Origin: Cyanobacteria bacterium M_surface_10_m1_298
Lineage (GTDB): Bacteria > Cyanobacteriota > Cyanobacteriia > PCC-6307 > Cyanobiaceae
Length of the DNA: 64,000 nt
Reading direction: 5' to 3'
NCBI GenBank assembly: GCA_016882485.1
Contig: VGPT01000005.1
Coordinates: 386-64,385, forward strand
The notes below the pieces were generated by a model that searched no databases, was not told the DNA's origin, and saw nothing but the letters and a program-made list of their open reading frames with translations. This document shows, in pieces, positions 47,301 to 56,713 of this stretch (its first letter is position 1; the number at the start of each line of letters is the position of its first letter). The position numbers and the translations under genes were made by a program.

Positions 47301-50300
47301 ACACAACACTGAATTTTGTCCGGCAACGGCAACTGCCCCACCCAGAGCGCATCCAGCCCCACGGGAAGAAACAGTTGACCGGCTGCGGCGACGGGATCCA
47401 GCGTTGCGGCGACAGCCTGGAAACAGCCATCCCAGAGCACCCAGTCCGATGCACCTGGAGGACGCTGGACCTCCACCCAAGCGCGCTGTCCCAGGCTGCG
47501 GACCTGGCGGAGGCTGCGGAATGCGGGGCCGTAATTGAGTCCGAAGCTCGCCAGGGCCCCATAGAAGCCCTGCAGATCGATGGTCTGCGCCTCCGGAGGG
47601 GCCTGAAGCGCCGAGGGGACCTCCGACAGCTGGGGTGGGCTGGGTTGCTGACGACTGCGAGCGGTTCCATGGCTCCGCCAGGCCGCGGGCTGCTCAGACC
47701 CCTCACCAGTTGTGGAGCAGCTGTGGAACTCAATCCTGTCCCCGAAAACCAACTGAACCCGGGTGACCGTGGGTTCCAGCCGCAAGGGTTGATCCAACTC
47801 CAAATCCGTGAGGGTGAGGGGTTGCCCCTGCAGCGCCAAGGCCTGCAGCGCCAACTGAATGAAACCAGCGGCGGGGAACACCACCTGAGATCGAATGCAG
47901 TGATCTGCCAGGTCTTGGGGGCCATCGGCACAGAGCTGCACCTCAAAGCGCTGCTCCTGGCCACCCGGAAGCGGCAGCGGCTTGAGCAGGCCCAAAGCGG
48001 GGGGTTCAATCGCCGAAGGAAAAGACGGCGAGGACCCCATGCTGGAAGCACCGGGTTTGATGTGATGAAGCCAGAGGCTGCTTGGGGCCTCAGGATCAGC
48101 CCCAAGCCGCTGCCACCAATACCGCTGACGTTGGAAGGGGTAACCGGGAAGGGCAACGCGCCGGTGCGGGAACGGCCGATGCACCCCCTCCCAGTCAATC
48201 GGGAACCCCTGCCGATGTAGGCCAGCCAAACTGCCAAGCAGTACGGACCAATCCGGCTGCCCCGGCCTGAGGCTGGGCCACCACTGCAACTCAGGATCCG
48301 GGAGGCACTGCCGACCCATGCCAATCAGGGTGGGTCGGGCCCCTATCTCCACAAAGGTGGTCACCCCGTGGGCGGCGGCGGCGGCCATCGCATCAGCGAA
48401 GCGCACCGGGCTGATCACATGGTCACACCAGTAATCAGGCTGGGCCAACTCCGAACCGGCGAGTCGACCCGTAAGGTTGCTGACCATGGGGATCGCAGGA
48501 GCTGAGAAGCGGATCGCGCCGAGCACCTGCTCAAATTCAGCCAGGATTGGCGCCATGGCAGGGGAGTGAAAGGCGTGGGACACCGCCAGTCGGGTGGTTT
48601 GGATCCCCTGTGCTTCGGCACTGCGCTCCAGTTGATCCAGACAGCTGAGCGGACCAGAGACCACCGTGTTCACCGGACCATTGAGGGCGGCCAGGGCCAC
48701 CTGCGTGCTCATGCCGGCATGGCACTCGATCAACCCCTCCACCACGGCAGGCGGGGCCAGGAAGGCCGCCATCCCCCCACCGGCCGGTAGAGATTGCATC
48801 AGTCGCCCACGGGCCGCAATCAGCCGCAGGCCATCCTCGAGGCTGAACACCCCCGCCAGGTGGGCCGCCAACACCTCCCCCACGCTGTGGCCCAGCAGCA
48901 AATCGGGCTGGAGGCCCCAACTCAGCCAGACCTGACTCAGGGCATAGCCCACGACGAACAGGGCCGGTTGGGTGATGGCCGTTTGGGTGAGCCGCTGAGC
49001 TGCCAGCTCCTCCTGACCAGGCGTGGGGAAGAGAACCTCCGCCAAAGGCCACTCCAACAGGGACTCCAACAGATCCGCACAGCGGTCGAAGGCCTCCCGG
49101 AAGAGCGGATGCTGATGGTGCAGAGCCTGGGCCATGCCAAGGGCCTGTGAGCCCTGGCCAGTGAACAGAAAGGCGAGCTTGCCGGGACGACGGGACGCCT
49201 GGGAGCGTGCGAGGCCCGCTGGCCATTCCGCCTCAGGCCATTCCTGGGCGATGGCCCCTAGCTGGGCCATGAGCTGGCCACGGTCCGAGGCCAGAGCGGT
49301 GAGCCGACGGCTGAACTGGCTGCGGGATTGGTTTGCGGTGGCGCAGACGTCGGCGATGGAGAGGCGAGGCTCCGCGCTAAGCCGCTGATGGAGCTGGCCA
49401 GCCTGGTCACGCAGGGCCACATCCGTGCGGCCCGACAGGGTGAGCAACTGCAGGGGCAGCTTGGCTCCGTAACGGGGCGCAGGTGACGGAGCAGGCGACG
49501 GGGCAAGCACGGCATGCGCATTGGTGCCCCCAAAACCAAAGGAACTCACACCCACAACCGCGGGGCTGTCGGGCTGCGGAAAGGGCTCCAGCTGGGTCTG
49601 AACCTGCAACTTCAGTCCCTGAAAATCAATCGAAGGGTTCGGACTGCGGAAATGCAGGCTGGGGGGCAGCTGGCGGTGATGCACACACAGGGCAGCCTTG
49701 ATCAAACCTGTGATCCCCGCCGCCGTCTCGCTATGCCCCAGATTGGTCTTGACCGACCCAACCCGACAGGGCTGTCCCTCCGGTCGGCCTTCACCCAGCA
49801 CCGTGCCGAGGGCGCGCAACTCAATGGGATCCCCTTGACGGGTGCCGGTGCCGTGGGCCTCCACGTACTGGGTGGCAGCGGGAGCGATCCCAGCGCGGGC
49901 AAACGCAGCGCGCACACAGGCAACCTGCGCCCTGAGGTTGGGGGCCACCATGCCGTTGCTGCGACCATCGGAGTTGACCGCTGTGCCATGGATCAAGGCA
50001 TAAATCCGGTCGCCAGAGGCCTGGGCGGCGGAGAGGGGCTTGAGCAGCACTGCCCCGGCCCCCTCGGAACGCACGTAACCATTGGCGGCCGCGTCAAAGC
50101 TCTTGCAGCGCCCATCGGGGGCCAGCAGGCCCGCCTTGCAGAAACTGCTTTGAATGCCCGGATGAATCAGGGCCTGCACGCCACCGGCCAGGGCCAAGGC
50201 GGATTCACCACGCCAAAGGCTCTCACAGGCCAGATGCACCGCCACCAGCGAACTGGAGCAGGCCGTGTCCACCGTGAAGCTGGGGCCCTTGAAGTCGAAG

Positions 50301-50845
50301 AAGTACGAGAGACGATTAGCCGCAATGCAACCGGTATTGCCCGGCAGAACAAAGGGCTCGTTATCGGGAATGGCGTAATCGTCGCTGGAGGCCCAGAGCA
50401 ACGAGCTGTAGTCGGAGCTTGAAATCCCCACGAACACGCCGGTTTCCGAGCCGCGGATACGTTCGAGGGGTACCCCGGCATCCTCAACCGCCTGCCAGGC
50501 CACCTCCAGCAACAGCCGTTGTTGGGGATCCATGCACACGGCTTCCCTCGGGGAAATCCCGAAAAAAGCCGGATCAAACTGGTCGATGCCGTCGATGAAT
50601 CCCCCATGGCGCACGTGCTGATGGAGGGGTGTCTGGGGATCGAGATCAAAATGTCGGGTCAAATCCCAACGATCCGGGGGCACCTCGCTGATGGCATCCC
50701 GACCATCACGCAACAGATCCCAAAACTGCCCGACTGAGTTGGCGCCGCCAGGCAAACGGCAACCGATGCCCACGATGGCAATCGGTTCGGGGGGTACACC
50801 GGAATCCCGGGATGACGGCGTAACGAGGGGTTGTCGGTTTTCCAT
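44369..50845 (-). CDS. Type I PKS, KS-AT-DH-ER-KR-ACP
   Basis: KS: DTACSSS, EAHGTGT, NLGHSE. AT: GHSVGE plus HAFH (malonyl-type). DH: LADHCIRSQVVFP, DGCFQ. ER: HAAAGGVG. KR: TGAFGGIG, LDD, GQAGYNAAN. ACP: GLDSLM. No release domain. ATG at 50845 overlaps the Rieske stop (track starts at TTG 50848). Confidence 0.95.
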   Translation of the reverse strand: MENRQPLVTPSSRDSGVPPEPIAIVGIGCRLPGGANSVGQFWDLLRDGRDAISEVPPDRWDLTRHFDLDPQTPLHQHVRHGGFIDGIDQFDPAFFGISPREAVCMDPQQRLLLEVAWQAVEDAGVPLERIRGSETGVFVGISSSDYSSLLWASSDDYAIPDNEPFVLPGNTGCIAANRLSYFFDFKGPSFTVDTACSSSLVAVHLACESLWRGESALALAGGVQALIHPGIQSSFCKAGLLAPDGRCKSFDAAANGYVRSEGAGAVLLKPLSAAQASGDRIYALIHGTAVNSDGRSNGMVAPNLRAQVACVRAAFARAGIAPAATQYVEAHGTGTRQGDPIELRALGTVLGEGRPEGQPCRVGSVKTNLGHSETAAGITGLIKAALCVHHRQLPPSLHFRSPNPSIDFQGLKLQVQTQLEPFPQPDSPAVVGVSSFGFGGTNAHAVLAPSPAPSPAPRYGAKLPLQLLTLSGRTDVALRDQAGQLHQRLSAEPRLSIADVCATANQSRSQFSRRLTALASDRGQLMAQLGAIAQEWPEAEWPAGLARSQASRRPGKLAFLFTGQGSQALGMAQALHHQHPLFREAFDRCADLLESLLEWPLAEVLFPTPGQEELAAQRLTQTAITQPALFVVGYALSQVWLSWGLQPDLLLGHSVGEVLAAHLAGVFSLEDGLRLIAARGRLMQSLPAGGGMAAFLAPPAVVEGLIECHAGMSTQVALAALNGPVNTVVSGPLSCLDQLERSAEAQGIQTTRLAVSHAFHSPAMAPILAEFEQVLGAIRFSAPAIPMVSNLTGRLAGSELAQPDYWCDHVISPVRFADAMAAAAAHGVTTFVEIGARPTLIGMGRQCLPDPELQWWPSLRPGQPDWSVLLGSLAGLHRQGFPIDWEGVHRPFPHRRVALPGYPFQRQRYWWQRLGADPEAPSSLWLHHIKPGASSMGSSPSFPSAIEPPALGLLKPLPLPGGQEQRFEVQLCADGPQDLADHCIRSQVVFPAAGFIQLALQALALQGQPLTLTDLELDQPLRLEPTVTRVQLVFGDRIEFHSCSTTGEGSEQPAAWRSHGTARSRQQPSPPQLSEVPSALQAPPEAQTIDLQGFYGALASFGLNYGPAFRSLRQVRSLGQRAWVEVQRPPGASDWVLWDGCFQAVAATLDPVAAAGQLFLPVGLDALWVGQLPLPDKIQCCVQLLPSAEPAFVCADLQLHAADGLIAWVRGFRLRRLPRQALDWLFPLALDGAPSSEPMPGHRSWLLRQTWEPIETISAADVITPRPEGSTPEPPPSGPGAPLVHWPSLEDSPVEHCVVELIELAQQGQSSVCVVIEGQGPAQGALASLVRTVALERPAFRWFSLHLPKGARRDRLAVPWRRLVDLAEQEPALAWDGQRVLRQRYANLTPARFRYGTRRFGLLESLAPLPLPSQVPAAGELELAVEATGLNFRDVLNALGLLRNYSRQLGLSDSAQVPFGGECVGRVVAVGEGVDPSLMGQRLLAALAVGSLASHVICRAELCVPLPQGLTAEQGASLSTAFLTALYGLEHLAQLQPGETVLIHAAAGGVGQAAVQVALQRGATVFGTASATKQALLLEQGCAGVFDSRSLEFVDQVRAATGGRGVDVVLNSLKGDWVDASFEALAQGGRFVELGKIEIWSRTEVAERRPDVRYYPFDLLEVAAAQPGLIRTLLVRLLEEVGAGVYGCLPLESFEIEHTVDAFRRMAQARHVGKVVIRQPQRPPSAGFRIRGDGTYLVTGAFGGIGLQLVRWLVAEGARSLLLVSRSAADPAAEPAALLRELEAQGVVTTTLALDLAADGATAMAAVDQLIATLQNLPEGRSLRGIFHAAGSLDDGLLEWQTPQRLKSVMAPKWGGWRLVEAALRRCDLDPELLVCFSSVAALLGSPGQAGYNAANGALDGFVAMQGRPGWMSLQWGPWAGAGMAGALDPRQRQRLEAFGIRLLEPSQALEALSDLIARGAGGCIGVVDAEWSRLARQAGDRQGAPLSLLAQEQLESTSTVADSAVPPYRAVLASTPPAERPRLLRDFVKQQLAKVMGLADPQQIDSGEPLFNMGLDSLMALELMVLLEKNLGITLTESLVFEHPTIEELVVYFLSQLFPQAASAASDENLAAAAPSSTALPMAEPKGPDHTPAWSQRLEGVSELTQEDLLRRLRGEG

Positions 50846-51852
50846 CAACCCCCCAGGTAGAGCGTGCTGATTCTCCTGCGATTCTCCAGCAGAACGCGAT
50901 CGAATGGCCCAAGGGTGCGGGGAGACAGCTCAGGATTGCGATCCGCCAATTGCGCCAGTGCCCGCACGTCCAGATCCAACTCATGGGCTGTCAGAGCACG
51001 AACGATCGGTGCCGCCAGCCAGCCATGCAGTGGCCCCGGCAACAACCGTGGTGTGTAGAGCAGGGTGATGAGTTGACTGCGCTGGTCCGTGACCGGCAGC
51101 ACAAACAGAACCACCCGCAGGCGAAACCGACGCAACGTCCCGAGCCGGCTGCGCCACGTCTGCTCGTACACGGTGAGTGGAGGTTCAAACCGGGTCACCC
51201 AATCATTGGCGAAGTGATCGGATGGCCGAATATCAATGAAGGCATCAAACAACCGCGGGAACGGCTTCTGCGGGCCTCGGTTCCACACCCGTGTACAGGA
51301 TGGCTCCAGCTCCAACCGAAGCTGAACAGAGGCCGGGTCCCGAAAACCAAACACCTGGTGAACCGAAGTGGTGTGCTCGGTTTCGGTGAAATTATCCAGG
51401 GTCAACTCCAGGGGAGCTGGCACGTCATGCACCGTGATGCCAGCGCAGAGCAAATCGCTGTGGGGCCACTCGGGCAAAGGGGGAGGCGCCCCTTCCCCCG
51501 CCAGCGGTTGGCGCAACCAGATCAATCCGTGGGATTCCCGCAACTGCAGGGCTGGCTGCTGCAAGCCGGCCGACGGCATCAGGGGGCAATGCACAACCCC
51601 ATCAGCATCAAACTGCCAACCGTGATAGGAGCACACCAGCATCTCCCCCCGCACCTTCCCCGTCGCCAGTGACATGCGCCGGTGGGGGCAGGCCTCCGGG
51701 AGGGCGCCCACCCGGCCCGATGCCGTACGAAACACCACGAACCACTGGCCACACAGCTGACGGCGATGAGGACGACGGCCCAGCTGCACACTCGGCAACA
51801 GCGGATGCCAATGACGCAGCCCAGCACGGAAGCGGCAGGGTTGGTCAGCCAT
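50845..51852 (-). CDS. Rieske non-heme iron oxygenase
   Basis: CPH...CSYHGW Rieske ligands and DNFTETEHTTSVH mononuclear-iron motif. Confidence 0.92.
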   Translation of the reverse strand: MADQPCRFRAGLRHWHPLLPSVQLGRRPHRRQLCGQWFVVFRTASGRVGALPEACPHRRMSLATGKVRGEMLVCSYHGWQFDADGVVHCPLMPSAGLQQPALQLRESHGLIWLRQPLAGEGAPPPLPEWPHSDLLCAGITVHDVPAPLELTLDNFTETEHTTSVHQVFGFRDPASVQLRLELEPSCTRVWNRGPQKPFPRLFDAFIDIRPSDHFANDWVTRFEPPLTVYEQTWRSRLGTLRRFRLRVVLFVLPVTDQRSQLITLLYTPRLLPGPLHGWLAAPIVRALTAHELDLDVRALAQLADRNPELSPRTLGPFDRVLLENRRRISTLYLGG

Positions 51853-54800
51853 GCGCCAACAGATCCTCCAGGAAGGTGCGGGCGTAGGGATCCAACAACT
51901 GATCGAAGGACGGACAGCTGACCCCCACCCCCCTCAGGCGATCGAGAGAACGCTGACAGGAGGGGCGCGCCTTGAAGCCCGGTTGGTTGAGTTGCGGATA
52001 GGTGAGCTGCTCGCTCCCCCAGCGTTGAGTGAAGAAAGGCTGGAGCGGATAGAGGGGATTATGCGGTTGCTGGGAGAGGGCCTCCAACCATGGGTCCAAA
52101 TCCACCGCCTGAAGCGGCGCTCCCCGTTCGATCAAACCCTTGAGGAGGTCCCCCCAGAGCACCGGCTGCGGGTGTTGCAGGTGCAGCACATCAGCCGGGG
52201 TTGGAGCCATCGGCGGCAGCGGGGTCCAAGCCAGGGCCCCCACGGCGGCGCTCACGTAATCGACAGGAACCAGGTCGAGCTCCATCTCGAGATCGGGAGC
52301 CTGGCCTAGGGCGAGGCAGCCACGCACCAAGCGATGCAGAAAATCCTGCTGATGCCAGGCGCCGGTCTGGGAGTGGCCAGCGATCAGCGGCGGACGGTAG
52401 AGCCGGACCGGAAGACCCGCTTCGGCCGCCAGCCACACCAAGCGCTCGCTCACCCACTTGGTCTGGGAGTAGCCGAGATGGATTCCGCGCCACTGGCGCA
52501 GCTCGGTGCCCTCATCGAGACTCTGACCGCGGTAGGCCTCCGCCTCAAACACCGCTGTGCTGGAGATGAATTCCAGTGGAACGGCAGCCTCGATAGCCAG
52601 CCGCACGATCTCGCGCGTTCCGCCAACATTGGCGGCCCTGAGCTGTCCGTAGGGGGCGACATAGCTCAGCTGAGCTCCGTTGTGGAGAATGCCGCCCAGA
52701 TGGGATGCAACCCCTTGCCAAACCTCGGCGGAGATCCCCAGACCCGGCTTGGCGAGGTCGCCCGGCACACCGATGATCCGGGAGGCCCAGGCACTCGTCC
52801 AGAGACCGTAACGTTCAAGATTGGATCGCACACGGGCCCGTGCCGCCCCTGCCCCATCGGCACGCACTAGGCAATAAACACTCAGATGGGGATGCCGCTG
52901 CAGCTGATCCGCCAACAAAAACGCCCCAAGAAAGCCTGAGGCCCCGGTCATCAGGATGGCCTCGCCGGGCCCATGGGGCGCTCCCTCAGTCGTGATCCCA
53001 GCGCGCAAACGTGAGAGCCAGGCGGACGGGAGTTCCGCCTCAATCCCCAGATCGGGCCCCGAGCCATCGCCGAGTGCGCCAGGGTCCGCCAGCAGGGCGA
53101 GCAGGTGTTCGCTCAGACTCTCCAGGGTGGGAACGCCATCCAGGGCCCCCAGCCCCAGACTCACCCCCAGCCCACCCTGTACAGCCGCAGCCAGCTCAAC
53201 GGCCATCAAGGAATCCAACCCCAGTTCATCAAGGCGGACATCTGGGGCCAAGTCGGCCGGAACGAAGCCACCCAGCTCAGCCAACAGCTCCCTCAAGGCT
53301 CTCTGAATCAGGGTGCCGGCCTGTTCAGATGACAGGCCTGGGAGTTGGGTCGCCACCTGCTGCAGCCGCGCTGCCAGCGGGTGGCTCGCCTGGGCCGACT
53401 CCAACCGCGCCAGCACCACCCGCCCCCGCTGGGGAAGCCAGCGCAAGAGCAGGGCCTGGGCCTCCTGCCGCTCCAAGGGACGAACCAGGGCACGCTGGCG
53501 GGCGGCCATGCCCTCACCCGCCCAGGGGCCCCAGTTGATCGTGAGGGCCGGCAAACCCTGCTCAAGGCGCTGGAGCATCAGGCCATCCATCCAGCCATTG
53601 GCAGCTCCGTAGGCCACCTGACCAGGCGAGCCCAAAGCCGCGGCCAGGGAGGAGTACACCACAAAAAAACCGTGGGGGACGTTACGGCTGCAGCGATCGA
53701 GATGTTGAACGCCTTGCACCTTCACGGCCGCCACGGCCGCACAACGGGAGGCGGTCTGATTCATCAGCAAACCGTCGTCGAGAACCCCCGCCGCGTGAAT
53801 GATCCCAGCCAGGGGACGACCCGTAGCCAGCAAGCGGGCAAACAGATCCTCAACGGCGGGTGCATCGGCGACATCCAGCTGTTCCAAACTGAAACCGACG
53901 CCCACCTGCTCCAAGGCGGCCAGCTTCTGCCGTTGGGCCTCGGAGGGGAGATGCCGCGACACCAAAGTGAAATGGCGGGCACCGCATCGGTGCAGCACCT
54001 CAACGCTGGCCAAGCCCAGGGCCCCCAGGCCACCGGTGATCAAGGTGGTAGCCGTCGGGGCAAACCGTGGCGGATCCAAGGCGGCCGGCGGCTCCTGGGG
54101 CAGCAACGCTGCAACCTGCACCGTGCCGTCAGGACCGAGACGCCATTCCGACCCCGGAACGGGAGGCTGTGGGTGCTGGAGCAATCGCTCGAGTCCTTCA
54201 CCGTGGGCGCCACACCAGAACAAACCTCCCGCCTGGGAGCCCAACTCACGGGCCCAGCAGCGGGCAAGGGCGGCCCAGGCCTCGCCGGCGGGTGTGCCCG
54301 CCGGCGAGGCCTGCAGCAGCCAATGCACCCCCTGCAGGCGTGGGCTGCGGGCCGCAAGACCCGTTAGCAGGGGCAGCCACTGCTCCCAAAAGGAAGCATC
54401 CAGCGCAGGCGAACCCGACGGTACCGCCAGCAACAGCAAGGCAGGTGCCCCTTGGTGGGAAGCCAGCTGGGCATCCAGGGACTCCAGATCCGCCAAAAAC
54501 AGTGGTGGGCGGGGCAGGACTGCAGCGAGGTGCTCCCTGAGGGGGGGGGAGGCCCCAAACACCCAAATGGAATCGACCCAGGGGTGTGACGCGGGGGGGC
54601 CAACGGCTGGCACCAAAGCGGACCAGTGGCGCTGCAGCTGCAATGCATCGAGGCCCTTGAGCGGCTCCGCTGCGGGCTGATCAGCGAACTCATCGACCCA
54701 GCAGCGGATGCGGTCGAAGGGGATGGTGGGGAGCACCTGCTTCGGCCACACGCCCTGCGGCTCAAGGGGTTGCCATTGAACGGCTATGCCCCTTAACCAG

Positions 54801-56713
54801 AGCTGGACCAGCGCATCGCTGGTGGGCTCCTGCAGCGGGATCGGCACCCCGTAGCCATGCCGTTGGAGCTCATCGGCGGCGGTGGCCCCCAGTTCGATCA
54901 AACGCAGTTGGGGGGGGGTGCCGGCCAACCGCAGGGCCAGCTGCCGCTGCTCGGAGCCAACAACCAGCGCAGTGGCCGTTATGCCGAAACCAGCCCAGGC
55001 CTCCCAGTGGCCGGCATTGGATTGCCCTGTGAGGCGGAAGGCCAGGGGCGGGGCCTGGGCTGGGGCCTCCACCGCTTGCCAAGGCTCACGGAGCCGGCGC
55101 AGAGCATCGGCGGCTGTGCGGGCCTGGATCGCCAGGCGCCAGCGCAGACCGGAACGGGACCGTCGGCTGGTGGCACAGATCGCTGACCAGGCCGATTCGG
55201 GCTGATGGGGCAACCACGCCGCCAGTCGGGCCGCGAGCTCCTGGAGAGTCTCCGCGGAACCTGCACTCAACAAGAGCCAGTCACCGTTCACCAACGGGGA
55301 AGCAGGCTGGGGCGGTGGTGGTTGCAGCTCGGGGGCCGCCTGCTCCAGCACCACATGGGCGTTAGTGCCACTGAACCCGAAGGAACTCACGGCGGCGCGG
55401 CGCAGCCCTGGCCCTTCCGGCCAGGGCTCAGGAACCGTCGGAATCCGGAGCGCCCAGTCGTCCCAACTCAGGTAGGGGGTGGGCTGCCGCAGGTGCAGAT
55501 GGGGGGGGATCGATCCCTTCTGAACCATCAACACCGCCTTCAGGAAGCCAGCAATCCCGGCAGCGCCCTCCAGGTGCCCGAGATTGGTCTTGACGGAACC
55601 GAGCCGCAGCGGCTGGGGTCGATCACGGCTGCCGTAAATCGGCGCCAGGGCTTTGAGTTCGATCGGATCACCCAACGGCGTTCCGGTGCCATGGGCCTCC
55701 AACACTCCGACGTGCTCTGGACGCAGCTGGGCCTGCTCCAAGCAGGAACGAATCAGGGCCGCCTGGGCTTCTCCGTTGGGAACGGTCAGACCAGCACTGG
55801 CACCGTCCTGGTTGACGGCACTGCCACGGACAACCGCCAACACCGGATCACCGGCAGCCAGGGCATCAGAAAGGCGCTTGAGCACCACCACACCGCAACC
55901 CTCACCACGCACATAGCCATCCGCCGCGGCATCGAAGGTTTTGCAGTGGCCATCGGCCGCCATCATCCCGCTACGGGCAAAGCAGAGGCTGTTCACAGGC
56001 GTGAGCAACAAACTCACTCCACCCGCCAAGGCGACATCGGTGGTGCGATCCCGCAGACTCCGGCAGGCCAGATCCACCGCCACAAGCGAACTGGAGCAGG
56101 CGGTGTCAATGGCCAGGGCGGGCCCCCGCAACCCGAGGGCATAGGCCAAACGCCCTGGGGCCATCGCGAAACTGGTGCCGGTGGCGAAATACATGTCGAA
56201 GCCGCTGTCCGGCCTGTCACCTCGCAGCTGACGCCAGGCGTAATCCCCCGTGCAAATGCCGAAGTAGACGCCCGCCGACTGGCCTCGCAGCTGATCGCCA
56301 GCAAACCCCGCACGTTCCAGAGCCTCCTGGGAGACCTCCAGTAGCAACCGGTGCTGGGGATCGATGGCCTGTGCTTCCCGCGGAGAGATACCGAACCGCG
56401 CCGGGTCAAACAGCTCCGGTGCGGCCAGGAATGCCCCATGGCGGCAATGCATCTTGCCGGGGGTGCCGGGACTTGGGCTGTAGAAGCGATCCAACGGCCA
56501 GCGGCTGTCGGGTACTTCAGACACCGCCTCGCGACCAGCCAGCAGAAAGGACCAAAAGGTCTCAGGGGAATCGAGATCGGGGTGACCCGGACCAGCGGGG
56601 AAACGACAACCCATCCCCACCACCGCAATGGGCTCAGCGGCTAGCAGGCGACGTTGATCAGCGGCCTCTTGGGCCAACAACGCCAACTGCAGGCTGGACA
56701 AAGCTTCAGCCAT
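51845..56713 (-). CDS. Type I PKS, KS-(degenerate AT)-KR-ACP-thioester reductase
   Basis: KS: DTACSSS, EAHGTGT, NLGHLE. AT reduced to a short remnant with no GHSxG. KR: TGGLGALG, LDD, GQVAYGAAN. ACP: GLDSLM. R domain: TGASGFLG, YSQTK (YxxxK). Confidence 0.93.
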   Translation of the reverse strand: MAEALSSLQLALLAQEAADQRRLLAAEPIAVVGMGCRFPAGPGHPDLDSPETFWSFLLAGREAVSEVPDSRWPLDRFYSPSPGTPGKMHCRHGAFLAAPELFDPARFGISPREAQAIDPQHRLLLEVSQEALERAGFAGDQLRGQSAGVYFGICTGDYAWRQLRGDRPDSGFDMYFATGTSFAMAPGRLAYALGLRGPALAIDTACSSSLVAVDLACRSLRDRTTDVALAGGVSLLLTPVNSLCFARSGMMAADGHCKTFDAAADGYVRGEGCGVVVLKRLSDALAAGDPVLAVVRGSAVNQDGASAGLTVPNGEAQAALIRSCLEQAQLRPEHVGVLEAHGTGTPLGDPIELKALAPIYGSRDRPQPLRLGSVKTNLGHLEGAAGIAGFLKAVLMVQKGSIPPHLHLRQPTPYLSWDDWALRIPTVPEPWPEGPGLRRAAVSSFGFSGTNAHVVLEQAAPELQPPPPQPASPLVNGDWLLLSAGSAETLQELAARLAAWLPHQPESAWSAICATSRRSRSGLRWRLAIQARTAADALRRLREPWQAVEAPAQAPPLAFRLTGQSNAGHWEAWAGFGITATALVVGSEQRQLALRLAGTPPQLRLIELGATAADELQRHGYGVPIPLQEPTSDALVQLWLRGIAVQWQPLEPQGVWPKQVLPTIPFDRIRCWVDEFADQPAAEPLKGLDALQLQRHWSALVPAVGPPASHPWVDSIWVFGASPPLREHLAAVLPRPPLFLADLESLDAQLASHQGAPALLLLAVPSGSPALDASFWEQWLPLLTGLAARSPRLQGVHWLLQASPAGTPAGEAWAALARCWARELGSQAGGLFWCGAHGEGLERLLQHPQPPVPGSEWRLGPDGTVQVAALLPQEPPAALDPPRFAPTATTLITGGLGALGLASVEVLHRCGARHFTLVSRHLPSEAQRQKLAALEQVGVGFSLEQLDVADAPAVEDLFARLLATGRPLAGIIHAAGVLDDGLLMNQTASRCAAVAAVKVQGVQHLDRCSRNVPHGFFVVYSSLAAALGSPGQVAYGAANGWMDGLMLQRLEQGLPALTINWGPWAGEGMAARQRALVRPLERQEAQALLLRWLPQRGRVVLARLESAQASHPLAARLQQVATQLPGLSSEQAGTLIQRALRELLAELGGFVPADLAPDVRLDELGLDSLMAVELAAAVQGGLGVSLGLGALDGVPTLESLSEHLLALLADPGALGDGSGPDLGIEAELPSAWLSRLRAGITTEGAPHGPGEAILMTGASGFLGAFLLADQLQRHPHLSVYCLVRADGAGAARARVRSNLERYGLWTSAWASRIIGVPGDLAKPGLGISAEVWQGVASHLGGILHNGAQLSYVAPYGQLRAANVGGTREIVRLAIEAAVPLEFISSTAVFEAEAYRGQSLDEGTELRQWRGIHLGYSQTKWVSERLVWLAAEAGLPVRLYRPPLIAGHSQTGAWHQQDFLHRLVRGCLALGQAPDLEMELDLVPVDYVSAAVGALAWTPLPPMAPTPADVLHLQHPQPVLWGDLLKGLIERGAPLQAVDLDPWLEALSQQPHNPLYPLQPFFTQRWGSEQLTYPQLNQPGFKARPSCQRSLDRLRGVGVSCPSFDQLLDPYARTFLEDLLAHG

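Noticed and set aside
44369-56713. Naming the PKSs hglE/hglB(hetM) or pfa genes
   Set aside because: The architecture differs (single ACPs, cis ER/DH, no chain-length-factor pair). Only the predicted product type is similar.
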